Positions 34,055 through 48,354 of a stretch of 64,000 nucleotides of DNA are shown here, in pieces (position 1 is the stretch's first letter; every line of letters begins with the position of its first letter). The position numbers and the translations under genes are program-made. The stretch covers positions 70,069 to 134,068 of the forward strand of contig CAXMOM010000013.1 in the NCBI GenBank assembly GCA_964195425.1, in the 5' to 3' direction. Source of the DNA: Acidiferrobacterales bacterium (GTDB lineage: Bacteria; Pseudomonadota; Gammaproteobacteria; Enterobacterales; Alteromonadaceae). The notes under the pieces are model-generated. The model searched no databases. It saw only the letters and a list, made by a program, of their open reading frames with translations, and was not told where the DNA came from.

Positions 34055-34254
34055 CGTCCTTGAAGTTTTAACTCATTTTTCAGCACACGAGCTTATATTA
34101 AATAGCGCTTGATATGTACTTGAGCTAAAGGACAGTTTTATACTACTTTTTAGAATTTCTATTATTGTTGAGCTTTAATTTGTTATTTTAAAAATAAGAC
34201 ACTCGCTAATACCTATAGTGGCGTATTAGTATAATTAATAGCAGCTACTAAAAT

Positions 34255-36350
<2,096 letters not shown>

Positions 36351-36356
36351 ATAGGT

Positions 36357-37517
36357 TTAAGCGCGCTTAAGTTGTTCTTGGTTTTTATCGTCTGTTTTAA
36401 TGTAGCCGTCAATAATACCGCCACCTAAACATACATCGTTACTGTAAAATACTGCAGATTGCCCGGGCGTGACTGCTTTTTGAGGCGATGTAAACATAAC
36501 CTTTGCTGTGCCATCGCCGTTGGGAATAAATTCGCACGGAATATCGGTTTGTCTATATCTTGTTTTTACAGTCATGTGCATGGCTTGTGTAGGACCTACT
36601 CGGTCCACAAAGTCCAATTGTGTTGCTATTAGACCAATCGAATACAAGCTAGCATGATCGCTGCCTTGAGCCACAATAAGCACGTTGCGGGCGATGTCTT
36701 TCTCTACAACATACCAAGGTTCATCACCATGTTCTTTTTTGCCGCCAATTAATAAGCCTTTTCTTTGGCCAAGTGTATGGTACATAAGACCGTTGTGTTT
36801 ACCAATTTCTTCGCCATCAATGGTTTCAATAAGCCCTGGAGAAGCCGGTAAATACTGTGACAAAAAGTCATTAAATTTACGTTCGCCAATAAAGCATATT
36901 CCAGTGCTGTCTTTTTTGTTATGCGTAAGTAAGCCATGTTCTTTTGCTATTTCTCTTACTTGGGGCTTTGGTAAATGCCCAATTGGAAATAAGGTTTTTG
37001 CAATGTGTTCATGACTTAATGTATATAAAAAATAACTCTGATCTTTGTTATCATCAGCGCCTCGTACCATTTCCCATTTATCATCGACCAATCTTCGTTG
37101 GGTATAATGACCAGTGGCAATATAGTCTGCACCTAAGTCTTCGGCTGCAAATTCTAAAAAGGCTTTGAATTTGATTTCTTTATTGCACATTATATCTGGG
37201 TTAGGCGTCCTGCCTGCTTTATATTCTTCTAAAAAATATTCAAATACACGGTCCCAGTATTCGGCAGCAAAATTGATGGTGTGTAAATAAATGCCAAGTT
37301 TATCCGCTACTGCTTGTGCGTCGGCCAAATCTTCCGCTGCTGCGCAGTATTCGTCATTATCATCTTCTTCCCAATTCTTCATAAACAAGCCTTCAACAAT
37401 ATAGCCCTGTTGTTGCAACAACAAAGCAGAAACCGAGGAGTCGACGCCGCCCGACATGCCAATAATGACTTTGGTGTCACCAGCAGGTTTAGATAAATGG
37501 GTATTGATGTTTTGCAT
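36357..37517 (-). CDS. mnmA: tRNA 2-thiouridylase MnmA
   Basis: [36 protein letters not shown]. Confidence 0.98.
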   Translation of the reverse strand: MQNINTHLSKPAGDTKVIIGMSGGVDSSVSALLLQQQGYIVEGLFMKNWEEDDNDEYCAAAEDLADAQAVADKLGIYLHTINFAAEYWDRVFEYFLEEYKAGRTPNPDIMCNKEIKFKAFLEFAAEDLGADYIATGHYTQRRLVDDKWEMVRGADDNKDQSYFLYTLSHEHIAKTLFPIGHLPKPQVREIAKEHGLLTHNKKDSTGICFIGERKFNDFLSQYLPASPGLIETIDGEEIGKHNGLMYHTLGQRKGLLIGGKKEHGDEPWYVVEKDIARNVLIVAQGSDHASLYSIGLIATQLDFVDRVGPTQAMHMTVKTRYRQTDIPCEFIPNGDGTAKVMFTSPQKAVTPGQSAVFYSNDVCLGGGIIDGYIKTDDKNQEQLKRA

Positions 37518-37695
37518 AGTTTAAGAGTAAGAGCTCAATGGTAAATTAGATATTGTCATTTACGACACTATATAGGTAATGTTTAAGCGCTTTATAGACG
37601 CTATCTAGACATCATATAGTCGCTGGATATAATATAAAGAAGTAATAATATAAACATAAATGATTCGGGCACACAGTATAGCAAATCTCTCGTTT

Positions 37696-38346
37696 TTAGC
37701 CATCCCCTGAAATTGATAAAAATTCGCCGTTTTTAATCCCATCTATTGTCCAATTCCCAATTCTGTAACGAATTAAGCGTAAAGTAGGGTGCCCAATATT
37801 TGCGGTCATTCGCCTTACTTGTCTATTTCTACCTTCACTAATAGTAATGCTTAGCCATGTTGTAGGAATATTTTGACGTTCACGAATAGGCGGGTTTCGC
37901 TGCCATATTCGTGGTGATTCCATGTAGCTGATTTTTGCAGGTGCCGTCATGCCATCTTTCAATTGCGCACCTTTTGCTAAGGTATTTAATGCCTGCTCGC
38001 TTGGAACTCCTTCTACTTGAGCCCAGTATGTTTTGCTAGTTTTATGCTTAGGTGAGGTAATCTGATTGGCAAGGGCACCATTGTTTGTTAACACTAAAAG
38101 ACCTTCACTGTCGTAATCTAACCTACCTGCCGCGTATACATTAGGTATATCAATAAAATCTTTGAGTGTGGTTCTGTTATTTTCGTCAGTGAATTGGCAC
38201 AGTACATTGAACGGTTTGTTGAATAAAACAATACGCGGAGGTTCGTTCAAGACAAGCTCTTTATTTTTTTGATAGGGCTTACTTTTTTTGCGTTTTGACG
38301 CCGATACTGCGCTAAGGGGGGAAGAAATTCTTTGCTGTGCTTTCAT
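37696..38346 (-). CDS. rluE: 23S rRNA pseudouridine synthase E
   Basis: LFNKPFNVLCQFTD, AGRLDYDSEGLL, EGRNRQVRRMTA; upstream of mnmA. Confidence 0.9.
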   Translation of the reverse strand: MKAQQRISSPLSAVSASKRKKSKPYQKNKELVLNEPPRIVLFNKPFNVLCQFTDENNRTTLKDFIDIPNVYAAGRLDYDSEGLLVLTNNGALANQITSPKHKTSKTYWAQVEGVPSEQALNTLAKGAQLKDGMTAPAKISYMESPRIWQRNPPIRERQNIPTTWLSITISEGRNRQVRRMTANIGHPTLRLIRYRIGNWTIDGIKNGEFLSISGDG

Positions 38347-38399
38347 TAGATTAAAATAACATAATTAAGTAAAGACTAGTCTACCTAACTATTAGGCAT

Positions 38400-38429
38400 A
38401 AAAAAAGCAGAGTTGAGTCCGCTTTTTTT
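38400..38429 (-). terminator. Terminator downstream of cspD
   Basis: GCGGA-N6-TCTGC stem followed by a U-tract on the minus strand. Confidence 0.55.
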
Positions 38430-38537
38430 AAGTAAGCTTTTTAAGTATACGTCTCGGGTATACTCACTACATCGTGATCACATCGAATTTACGTTGAAAA
38501 CGCCTAAGCGCATTGCTACTTCGCGTACTGTTAAAGC

Positions 38538-38762
38538 CTATCTTTCTGGCTCCTCAATGTCAGGCAATCCAATGTTTTCAGCGTGTAGGCCTTTGGGGCC
38601 CTCTTGCACTTCATAAGTAACTTCTTGGCCGGCTTTCAAAGATCGATAACCGTCCATCTGAATAGTTGAATAATGTGCAAATATATCTTCGCCGCCGTCT
38701 TCTGGGACTATAAAGCCGAAACCTTTCGCGTTATTAAACCATTTTACTCTGCCAACTGCCAT
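38538..38762 (-). CDS. cspD: Cold-shock-domain protein CspD
   Basis: VKWFNNAKGFGFI, IFAHYSTIQMDGYRSL; divergent from clpS. Confidence 0.96.
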   Translation of the reverse strand: MAVGRVKWFNNAKGFGFIVPEDGGEDIFAHYSTIQMDGYRSLKAGQEVTYEVQEGPKGLHAENIGLPDIEEPER

Positions 38763-39003
38763 TCTAGTATTTCCTATTCCTTGAAATCTTAACTATTCGT
38801 CTCCATTGATCAATCTAAATGGGGTAACATGAACCATGAAGTGAAAAGTGGTATGCAGCACGATTACCACCTATAGTATAGAGTAGTTATGTTAAGCGGA
38901 ATTTGTCAAGTGAATATCGACTTTATCGATGAATAAAGTAATTAAATCCGAATAATTAACTAAATCTGTGGTCTTAAGCAGTAGTTTTCTATTATAAGTA
39001 AAT

Positions 39004-39324
39004 ATGAGCAAAGATATTATTAACATAGAGCGCGAAAAGCAGCTCGACAAACAACGACAGAAAACATCGCCTCCGCCGATGTATAAAGTAATGCTAAATA
39101 ATGATGACTACACGCCAATGGATTTTGTGGTAGAAATACTAACAACATTCTTTTCGATGGATTCTGAGAAGGCGAGTCAGACAATGTTAACAGTGCATTA
39201 TCATGGGAAAGCAGTTTGTGGCATATATACTGCAGAGATTGCAGAAACTAAAGTCATGCAAGTGAATCAATATGCTCGTAAACATCAACATCCATTGATG
39301 TGTACGATGGAACCAGCGCAATAG
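39004..39324 (+). CDS. clpS: N-degron adaptor ClpS
   Basis: [29 protein letters not shown]. Confidence 0.97.
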   Translation: MSKDIINIEREKQLDKQRQKTSPPPMYKVMLNNDDYTPMDFVVEILTTFFSMDSEKASQTMLTVHYHGKAVCGIYTAEIAETKVMQVNQYARKHQHPLMCTMEPAQ

Positions 39325-39332
39325 GGGTACAT

Positions 39333-41606
39333 ATGTTAAATAAAGATTTGGAACAAACGCTTAATGAAGCTTTTGTTTTTGCGCGTCAACAACGTCATGA
39401 GTTTATGACGGTCGAGCATCTTCTGTTGATGTTACTCGACAATACCGCCGCTAGTGAGGCACTTAAAGCCTGTGGCGCGAAAGTAGATCTGTTACGTACT
39501 GAGCTAACCGATTTTGTTAATGAAACTACACCGCTACTTAGTGAAGACGACACGCCTGATCGCGAGACTCAACCTACGTTAGGCTTTCAGCGTGTTTTGC
39601 AACGCGCAGTTTTTCATGTTCAGTCGTCGGGCAAAGGTGAAGTAACCGGCGCAAATGTACTCGTTGCTATTTTTAGTGAGCAAGAGTCACAGGCCGTTTA
39701 TATTCTCAAAAAAGCAGACGTAACACGCCTAGATGTTGTGAACTACATTTCTCATGGGGTCAGCAAAAATCCCGATGAAGACGCACCTTCAGAAGATATA
39801 AATGAAGAAGCGGGTGGCGAAACCGAAGAAAACCAATCTATGCTGTCAAAGTATGCAACCAACCTAAATGTTGCCGCAAAAGAGGGCAAGATCGATCCGC
39901 TAATTGGCCGAGATATGGAAGTTGAGCGCAGTATTCAAATTTTATGTAGACGTCGAAAGAACAATCCATTGCTTGTGGGCGAAGCGGGCGTTGGTAAAAC
40001 TGCAATCGCTGAAGGTTTAGCTTTTAGAATTGTGAATGATGATGTACCTGATGTTATCGCGCAAAGCACCATCTATTCACTCGATTTAGGCGCATTATTA
40101 GCAGGCACTAAGTATAGAGGCGATTTCGAGAAACGCTTAAAAGGCATTTTGAATGAGCTTAGTAAAGATGCCGATGCAATATTATTTATAGATGAAATCC
40201 ATACTATTATCGGCGCCGGAGCAGCATCGGGCGGCGTAATGGATGCATCTAACTTACTTAAGCCTAAATTAAGCAGCGGTGAGTTACGCTGTATGGGGTC
40301 TACTACTTATAAAGAATACCAAGGTATTTTTGAAAAAGACCGCGCATTAGCGCGTCGATTCCAAAAAATTGATGTTGTTGAGCCGAGTGTAAGTGATACG
40401 ACTAAAATACTGATGGGCCTTAAATCGCGTTATGAAGAGCATCACAGTGTGCGCTTCACACAAAAAGCTTTGCAAGCAGCTGCTGAGTTATCTGCCAAAT
40501 ATATTAATGAACGTAAATTGCCCGATAAAGCGATAGATGTGATTGATGAAGCCGGCGCAAGTCAGCGTTTGTTACCTCCGTCTAAACGGAAAAAGACTAT
40601 TAATGTGAGCGATATAGAGCTCATTATTTCAAAGATAGCGCGTATTCCTGAAAAATCAGTGTCGGCGTCTGACAAAACCGTGCTGAAAAATTTAGGCCGT
40701 AATCTTAAATTGGTTGTGTTTGGTCAAGATGAAGCGATTGAACAAATGTCGTCAGCTATTCAATTATCTCGCTCTGGACTAGGTAATGAGACTAAACCTA
40801 TTGGTAATTTCTTGTTTGCTGGCCCAACGGGTGTAGGCAAAACCGAAGTTACTCAACAGTTAGCTAAAATTATGGGGGTAGAATTAGTTCGTTTCGATAT
40901 GTCGGAGTACATGGAGCGTCATTCGGTTAGCCGCTTAATTGGCGCACCTCCTGGCTATGTTGGTTACGATCAAGGTGGATTGTTAACCGATGCTGTCATC
41001 AAAAATCCATACTGTGTAGTACTTTTAGATGAAATGGAAAAGGCCCACAGCGATATCTACAACATCTTATTGCAAGTTATGGATCATGGCACATTGACTG
41101 ACAACAACGGCCGTAAAGTAGATTTCAGAAACGTGGTCTTAGTTATGACGACTAACGCTGGTGTACAAGCCACTGTGCGCAAGTCTATGGGCTTTAAACA
41201 GCAAGACCATAGCAGTGACGCAATGTCTGAAATTAATAAGACCTTCACGCCAGAGTTTAGAAATCGCTTAGACAGCATTGTGTGGTTTAACCATTTAGAT
41301 GAACAAGTCATTATGCAAGTAGTCGACAAGTTCATTATTGAGCTGCAAGCGCAACTCGACGCTAAGGGTGTTTCCTTAGAGGTGACTGATAAAGCTCGCG
41401 AGTATATGGCCGAGAAAGGTTACGATAAGTCAATGGGAGCGAGACCTATGGCACGATTAATTCAAGAAGAGTTAAAGCGTGAACTAGCATCTGAATTATT
41501 ATTTGGCACATTGGCAAATGGTGGTGAGGTGAAAGTAGGGCTGAAAAACAAAAAGCTTACGTTTACTTATAAAACAATTGAAAGTGCTAAGAGCGAAGAA
41601 GTGTAA
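39333..41606 (+). CDS. clpA: ATP-dependent Clp protease ATPase ClpA
   Basis: [10 protein letters not shown], two AAA modules ([16 protein letters not shown]), [11 protein letters not shown]. Start set to ATG 39333. Confidence 0.98.
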   Translation: MLNKDLEQTLNEAFVFARQQRHEFMTVEHLLLMLLDNTAASEALKACGAKVDLLRTELTDFVNETTPLLSEDDTPDRETQPTLGFQRVLQRAVFHVQSSGKGEVTGANVLVAIFSEQESQAVYILKKADVTRLDVVNYISHGVSKNPDEDAPSEDINEEAGGETEENQSMLSKYATNLNVAAKEGKIDPLIGRDMEVERSIQILCRRRKNNPLLVGEAGVGKTAIAEGLAFRIVNDDVPDVIAQSTIYSLDLGALLAGTKYRGDFEKRLKGILNELSKDADAILFIDEIHTIIGAGAASGGVMDASNLLKPKLSSGELRCMGSTTYKEYQGIFEKDRALARRFQKIDVVEPSVSDTTKILMGLKSRYEEHHSVRFTQKALQAAAELSAKYINERKLPDKAIDVIDEAGASQRLLPPSKRKKTINVSDIELIISKIARIPEKSVSASDKTVLKNLGRNLKLVVFGQDEAIEQMSSAIQLSRSGLGNETKPIGNFLFAGPTGVGKTEVTQQLAKIMGVELVRFDMSEYMERHSVSRLIGAPPGYVGYDQGGLLTDAVIKNPYCVVLLDEMEKAHSDIYNILLQVMDHGTLTDNNGRKVDFRNVVLVMTTNAGVQATVRKSMGFKQQDHSSDAMSEINKTFTPEFRNRLDSIVWFNHLDEQVIMQVVDKFIIELQAQLDAKGVSLEVTDKAREYMAEKGYDKSMGARPMARLIQEELKRELASELLFGTLANGGEVKVGLKNKKLTFTYKTIESAKSEEV

Positions 41607-41626
41607 TACTTCTTCATTCTCAAACC

Positions 41627-41658
41627 AAAAAACGCTGTCGTAATGACAGCGTTTTTTT
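41627..41658. terminator. Bidirectional terminator between clpA and infA
   Basis: AAAAAACGCTGTC-GTAAT-GACAGCGTTTTTT. Confidence 0.85.
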
Positions 41659-41735
41659 GAATTTTTTAAAGCCGTTTTTGAATATTAGGCTTATCTCAAG
41701 TGGACTACCTCAGCTGGGCAGCGAACACTCAAATA

Positions 41736-41954
41736 CTAACGAGCACGGTATATAATGCGGCCTTTACTAAGGTCGTAAGGCGTCATTTCGACGGTTACCT
41801 TGTCTCCAGTAAGAATACGGATATAGTTCTTGCGCATTTTTCCAGAAATGTGCGCGGTAACAACGTGTCCATTTTCTAACTCTACGCGAAACATGGTGTT
41901 AGGAAGTGTGTCTTGCACGGTTCCTTCCATTTCAATACAATCTTCTTTTGCCAT
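41736..41954 (-). CDS. infA: Translation initiation factor IF-1
   Basis: [28 protein letters not shown]. Confidence 0.99.
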   Translation of the reverse strand: MAKEDCIEMEGTVQDTLPNTMFRVELENGHVVTAHISGKMRKNYIRILTGDKVTVEMTPYDLSKGRIIYRAR

Positions 41955-42164
41955 CTAAGTGGGTAACCTCGGTTTATAGTAAATTTGCTATTTCTGCCAT
42001 TATTAAGCAGGTTATGGATAGATTTTTACTTGCGTAATTACCAATCCAAGTATTTGTATACGTACTTGCGTAAATATGAACGCGCGAACGATACGCGAAA
42101 ACCGCATGATAGTAAAGTTTTTCCTGTGCTAATTGACGCTAAATATATATGCTTTAGCGGCGTT

Positions 42165-42896
42165 TTATTTCGTGTTAGTAAGACTTGGCGATGTTGCTAC
42201 GGATAATTTATTTTCATTAAGAACCCATTTGTTTTGCTGATACCGCTGATGTGGATAAAACTTGGTTTTATAGTTCATTTTACTGCATTCATCTATTTGA
42301 TAACCTAGGTATAAGTATTCCAATTCTTGCTGTTGGCACAATTTAATTTGCTGCAAAATAAAATATGTCCCTAAAGATTGTTTGTTTAAGCTAGGGTCGA
42401 AAAAAGTGTACAAAGCAGATAAACCGGTTTTTACTTTGTCTGTAACCGCGACGCCTATTAGTTTGCCGTCTATTCTTCCTTCTATAAATATTGGTGATTG
42501 CCAATGGCAGTGTATGAAATTACGATATTGATCGTACGTGGCAGGAAACATTGCACCATCTTTATGGGCAACGCTAATATACTTTTCGTATAGGGGGTAA
42601 TAATCGTCGCGTTCACCTTCACGCACCTTAATTGAGATGTTTGTGTTTTTGCTTAAAACGCGTTTTTGGCTTTTACTAGGAGTAAAATTGTTAGCGACAA
42701 CCCTCAGCGACTCGCATGCGTTACATGCTTTGCAATGTGGTCGGTAAAGTTGCTCTCCGCTGCGCCTAAATCCCGCTTGAATCAACAAGGGATAATGTTC
42801 TGAAAGGGTCTCTACCTCTTCCATACATACAAGTAGTTGTTCTTCCGAGTCAGCAAGGTAATTGCATTTAAAAGCTTGGGTTACGCCAAACTTCAC
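42165..42896 (-). CDS. bpt: Bacterial ATE1-like aminoacyl-tRNA-protein transferase (Bpt, Asp/Glu leucyltransferase)
   Basis: CNYL, GFRRSG..YRPHC..C..C, SALYTFFDP, YLGYQI..C.KMNYK; adjacent to aat. Confidence 0.9.
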   Translation of the reverse strand: MKFGVTQAFKCNYLADSEEQLLVCMEEVETLSEHYPLLIQAGFRRSGEQLYRPHCKACNACESLRVVANNFTPSKSQKRVLSKNTNISIKVREGERDDYYPLYEKYISVAHKDGAMFPATYDQYRNFIHCHWQSPIFIEGRIDGKLIGVAVTDKVKTGLSALYTFFDPSLNKQSLGTYFILQQIKLCQQQELEYLYLGYQIDECSKMNYKTKFYPHQRYQQNKWVLNENKLSVATSPSLTNTK

Positions 42897-42965
42897 AGAG
42901 AAGAACTCATGATGATAAGTAAGTTTTTGGCTAGCATAAATTTACCATTAAGGTGTTCTATACCA

Positions 42966-43706
42966 TCATACTAACGATAAATTTTGTGGCTGCCAACAAT
43001 CTACAAGCGTTTGATGATCTTTAAGTAAGCTTAAAAATTCATTGCGTTGTATTGCGATACAACCTAATCGCTCTAAATGTGGGTTTACTAATTGGCAATC
43101 AATTATAGACATATTATGCGCTCGCATATGCAAAGACAGTGCTAAAAAGGCTGCTTTACTGGCATCTGTTTGTAAGTGAAACATGGACTCTCCACAAAAA
43201 ATGCCGCTTACCACAACGCCATATAGCCCGCCTACTAAATCGCCTTCGTGGTTGGTTATTTCAACTGAATGCGCATACCCCTGTAAATGCAATTTTTTGT
43301 ATGCATTTAGCATGTCATTGCTTATCCATGTATTGGTATGGGTGGGAACTTCATCTTCTACAATAGCATGTGGATCGCGACGAGCTACGCTTGAACATTG
43401 TTCAATAACCTCGTTAAATCGAGCATTTAAACTCGCTTTATAGCCATATTTCCGGATACTTTTTTTTAGCGTTTTATTGGCATTAAATTGGTCGGCGTGA
43501 ATAATTGCACGCGGTGTAGGTGACCACCATAAAATTGGTTCTTCAGCGTTATACCAAGGGAAAATCCCTTGTTTATACGCGGCTACTAACCTTGCTGGTG
43601 AGAGGTCACCACCAAAGGCAAGTAAGCCGTTTGGTTCTTCAAGTGCAAAATTCACCGAAGGAAAGGAAAGAGTGTGGTTGAGTTTAAACAACTCAATCAT
43701 GTACAT
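42966..43706 (-). CDS. aat: Leucyl/phenylalanyl-tRNA-protein transferase
   Basis: GLLAFGGDL, GIFPWY, AHSVE, GESMF, DCQLVNPHL. Confidence 0.96.
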   Translation of the reverse strand: MYMIELFKLNHTLSFPSVNFALEEPNGLLAFGGDLSPARLVAAYKQGIFPWYNAEEPILWWSPTPRAIIHADQFNANKTLKKSIRKYGYKASLNARFNEVIEQCSSVARRDPHAIVEDEVPTHTNTWISNDMLNAYKKLHLQGYAHSVEITNHEGDLVGGLYGVVVSGIFCGESMFHLQTDASKAAFLALSLHMRAHNMSIIDCQLVNPHLERLGCIAIQRNEFLSLLKDHQTLVDCWQPQNLSLV

Positions 43707-43732
43707 CTCCTTTCACAAACCGCTTAATAATC

Positions 43733-44752
<1,020 letters not shown>

Positions 44753-44947
44753 TCAATGTAATTTCTTATACTCAATTCTACTATACTAAACAATTAATGT
44801 GTTTATTAATTGGCGTCGCTTTTTAACCTTTCTTTACGTAGCAATATTTATACAGTGGCAAATGCTAATTCTTTAAGATTACCGTAAACCACGTTTTTTA
44901 TGCTAATATTAGAGGGTATACAAAACAACATTATTGATTATTAAACG

Positions 44948-45391
44948 ATGAATACAATTGTTTCATATTTGAAATCTGGCCAAGAGTATATGCGTATTTG
45001 GCCTATGCAAAAGCAGCTATATGCGTTATTCCCTGAATGCAGGATTATTGCAGCCACTAAATTTTCGATGAAAGTTATGCCTGCTATTGCGGTAATTGTG
45101 GTTGCCATGCAGTTGCAGTATTTGGGTTCTGAGGTGTTGCCTCAAGCAATTACTATGGGCATCTTTTTTCTGAGTTTACCGCTCCAAGGTATATTATGGT
45201 TGGGGCATAGAAGCGAGCAGGAGTTGCCACCTCAAATATGCAGTTGGTATAAAGATATTTATGCAAAAATGCAGCAACAGGGGTGTCAATTGCAACGTCA
45301 AAGCTTTAAACCTACGTTTAAAGAATTAGCAGTATTGCTACGCACAGCCTTTAAAGAGCTTGATAAGGCCTTTACCAAAAGTTTGTTTTAA
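44948..45391 (+). CDS. yfbV: YfbV/DUF412 membrane protein
   Basis: GQEYMRIWP..KQLYALFPE.RII, SLPLQGILWLG.RS. Confidence 0.85.
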   Translation: MNTIVSYLKSGQEYMRIWPMQKQLYALFPECRIIAATKFSMKVMPAIAVIVVAMQLQYLGSEVLPQAITMGIFFLSLPLQGILWLGHRSEQELPPQICSWYKDIYAKMQQQGCQLQRQSFKPTFKELAVLLRTAFKELDKAFTKSLF

Positions 45392-45528
45392 GCGTTTATT
45401 AGTCTGCTCCCCAAAACAAAACCCTAATAGAAAGCGCTGATAACCCCAGCATAGAGAAGCAAACATCAAGCGCATCAAATTGCTTCAACAGCCAAAAAAA
45501 ACCGCGGCATTAAAGCACTCATTGTCAC

Positions 45529-46038
45529 TTAGGCTACCTGGGTTAATGTTGTATTACATTTTCTGCAGATATAAGACTGCTTTTTATTTAGCACTTTGTT
45601 GTGTCTGGTCAACGATAACGGTACTTGTTGACATGCACATTCGTAGGTTATCTGGCGCATAGTAACTGCACTTACATCTAAGGTATGAGTTACCTTAGGT
45701 GCTAAATCAAATACCGCTAACATAACTTTTTGCCATTCAATACCATGGGGCTTTACCCCTAATCCATATAACTGATAAACCATAATGTGCGCCAATTCAT
45801 GGGCAATAATATGGGATATGAAGTACTCGGTGTTTTGCGAATATAAAGTAGGGTTGATTTTTATAATGTTTTTTTGAAGCAGGGCGCTTGCCGCTATCCT
45901 CCCTCTTTGGTTGTAAGCTAAACTGGGCTGCCTAAACAATCCAGCAAATTCATTTACCGCCGATTTTTTTATCGCAGAGTCGAAAAGTAAATTTAGCCGA
46001 GTTTGCGCTTCTTTTTGTAAAGTAGTGGATAGGTTCAT
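45529..46038 (-). CDS. sprT: SprT-family zinc metalloprotease
   Basis: HELAH, PHGIEWQ, YECAC, Y.CRKC. Confidence 0.9.
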   Translation of the reverse strand: MNLSTTLQKEAQTRLNLLFDSAIKKSAVNEFAGLFRQPSLAYNQRGRIAASALLQKNIIKINPTLYSQNTEYFISHIIAHELAHIMVYQLYGLGVKPHGIEWQKVMLAVFDLAPKVTHTLDVSAVTMRQITYECACQQVPLSLTRHNKVLNKKQSYICRKCNTTLTQVA

Positions 46039-46060
46039 TATTACTATTATTATTTAGGCT

Positions 46061-46091
46061 AAAAAAAAGAGCCTATATAAAATAGGCTCTT
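46061..46091 (-). terminator. Terminator after sppA
   Basis: AAGAGCCTAT-N5-ATAGGCTCTT with a U8 tract on the minus strand. Confidence 0.75.
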
Positions 46092-46115
46092 AAGGCATTT
46101 TAATCAATATAAATA

Positions 46116-47987
46116 TTAGTCAATCATTGTACATTCTATGCAAAGTACATAAGCTGCCATTGGGTCGTTTAGCTTAGTTATAAATGCAGTTTGCGCATCT
46201 ACTTCTTTAACCAAGTTCATTAATGGGCTAGGTGTATAATTAATATTTAAGCCTGACATAAGCGAGCTTGCATTATTAAGTAAGTTTGCCCACATTTTTT
46301 CGTCTTCAGTTAATTCACGTTCAATATAAATCTGTTTGAAGTCTTCCAACTCAGCCATTTTAGCAGCATAGGCAACAGCTTCTTCAAGGCCACCGAGTTC
46401 GTCTACTAAACCAAGTTCTAATGCTTGGCTGCCGACCCAAACACGACCTTGTGCCACGTTGTCTACTTCTTCTAGTGTCATACCGCGCTCTTGCGCGACC
46501 AATGAAATAAAACGCTTATATCCACGTTCAATATTCATTTGTAACAAAGACTTATATCCTTCAGCCAATGGACGATTTGGTGCCATTCCAACTAGTTCAT
46601 TGGTTGATACGCCGTCACTATTAACACCTAGGTAATTAAAAGAATTCTCAAAGGTGGCTAGCATACCAAAAATTCCAATTGAACCAGTTATTGTGCTGGG
46701 TTCTGCAAAAATTCTATCGGTACTTACTGAAATCCAATAGCCGCCCGACGCTGCAACACTACTCATCGAGGCAATTACAGGTTTACCGGCAGCCTTTAGT
46801 AATTCAACTTCTTGACGAATAACTTCAGATGCAAATGCACTTCCGCCGCCAGAATCTACTTGTAATACAACCGCTTTTACAGTGTCGTCGTTACGGGCTT
46901 TACGCAATAATTTAGCGGTGCTGTCGCCGCCAATAGCGCCTGGGTCTTGTTTACCATCTAAAATAGTACCTTTCGCAACAACAACCGCTATTTTGTCACC
47001 GCTTCCTTGATTGGAGGTGGGGAATATAGGTTTGAGCATTTTTAAATATGACCGGTAAGACACTTGATTAAATGTTTCTCCCTCTTCGGCTAGGCCTAAA
47101 AGTTCAACCATTTCACTGCGAAATTCAGCCCGTGTTCTCAAGCCGTCAACCCAATTGTTAGACAGCGCATACTGCGCGAAGTCGCCTTCAACTGCAGTAA
47201 ACTTGGTAAGTAGGTCAGTGAAGGTTTCATCGAAATTTTGTTCATCAAAACCACGTGTTCCGGCGACATCTGTTTTAAACATGCTCCACAGTTCGTTGAG
47301 CCAAGCTTCATTTGCTATTTTTGCTTCAGGTGACATGTCATTGCGTAAATAGGGTTCTACTGCTGACTTGAATTTACCGACTTTAAATACATGAGTCGAA
47401 ACTTTAAGCTTCTCTAATGCTTCGGCAAAGTATGTGCCATAGCGAGTGTAGCCTTCCATAAGTAAGGCACCCATAGGGTGCACATATACGTTGTCAGCAT
47501 GACTCGCCAGATAATATTGTGAACGACCAAAATAGTCGCCTATGGCATAAATAGGCTTGCCCGATGTTTTAAAGGCTTGTAGTGCTTCGCCTACTTCTTT
47601 TAGCTTATCCATACCGCCGCCGCCAAAACCATCAAGCTCTAAGACTATCGCATCAATGCGTTTATCTTCTGCGGCGTTTTCGATGACATTTATGAGGTCG
47701 CGAAGTAATATTTCTGGATCATCTTGCCCTTCACCAATTGCTTGTGAAATAAATACTTTGGCCGGATCTACCCATGTCTTTTGAATCACTATATTGCCTG
47801 TGAGATTCAATATAAGGGCACTGCTTTGAGCGACTTTAGGCGTTTGTGAACCAGAATTAGATATGCCAATTACAACGGCAATAATGATAATTAAAAATAA
47901 GATGTTCAGCAGCAAACGGCGGCCGAAGTTGAGACCATTCCAAATTCCTAAAAACAATGACTTGGTAAAACTACTTTTTCCTGACAT
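46116..47987 (-). CDS. sppA: Signal peptide peptidase SppA (protease IV, 67K type)
   Basis: N-terminal TM, GKFKSAVEP, DSGGGSAFAS, AASGGYWIS, ITGSIG, QGRVWVG. Confidence 0.96.
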   Translation of the reverse strand: MSGKSSFTKSLFLGIWNGLNFGRRLLLNILFLIIIIAVVIGISNSGSQTPKVAQSSALILNLTGNIVIQKTWVDPAKVFISQAIGEGQDDPEILLRDLINVIENAAEDKRIDAIVLELDGFGGGGMDKLKEVGEALQAFKTSGKPIYAIGDYFGRSQYYLASHADNVYVHPMGALLMEGYTRYGTYFAEALEKLKVSTHVFKVGKFKSAVEPYLRNDMSPEAKIANEAWLNELWSMFKTDVAGTRGFDEQNFDETFTDLLTKFTAVEGDFAQYALSNNWVDGLRTRAEFRSEMVELLGLAEEGETFNQVSYRSYLKMLKPIFPTSNQGSGDKIAVVVAKGTILDGKQDPGAIGGDSTAKLLRKARNDDTVKAVVLQVDSGGGSAFASEVIRQEVELLKAAGKPVIASMSSVAASGGYWISVSTDRIFAEPSTITGSIGIFGMLATFENSFNYLGVNSDGVSTNELVGMAPNRPLAEGYKSLLQMNIERGYKRFISLVAQERGMTLEEVDNVAQGRVWVGSQALELGLVDELGGLEEAVAYAAKMAELEDFKQIYIERELTEDEKMWANLLNNASSLMSGLNINYTPSPLMNLVKEVDAQTAFITKLNDPMAAYVLCIECTMID

Positions 47988-48117
47988 TACTATTTACCTT
48001 TTTTATTCTATTACTGCGTAGTTTACTAAAACCAACATAAGTACACAGTGTTAAATTGTAATAAGTTGTTACTACTTGTATTGATAAAATACCATTACAC
48101 CCTTTTTCGACACTTAT

Positions 48118-48354
48118 TTATCTTGATTTGGGTGATTTGGGTGATTTGGCCTCTCTATTTGGGCAGGCAAGATGTATCCAGTTTTTGAGTAAAGCGGCAA
48201 TAGATTTATGGTCATTGCTTGCCAGAGCCATCAGTAATGCTCCCTTGCGAACTGAATGTTTTACCTTGCCTTGGTGTTTACGCATTATATTGTGTAATGC
48301 TCGTGCCATTTTAAAAAGGTTCCTTGTCCTTGGTTTGCTACTTGTTATCGGCAC
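48118..48354 (-). CDS. Small basic hypothetical protein (start uncertain: GTG 48354 or ATG 48309)
   Basis: Only substantial ORF in the sppA-ydjA gap on the sppA strand; contains MARALHNIM...SIAALLKNWI. Confidence 0.5.
   Translation of the reverse strand: MPITSSKPRTRNLFKMARALHNIMRKHQGKVKHSVRKGALLMALASNDHKSIAALLKNWIHLACPNREAKSPKSPKSR
48124..48149 (+). repeat. 9-bp tandem repeat (TGATTTGGG x ~3)
   Basis: TGATTTGGG TGATTTGGG TGATTTGG; encodes KSP repeats at the C-terminus of the small ORF. Confidence 0.85.
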
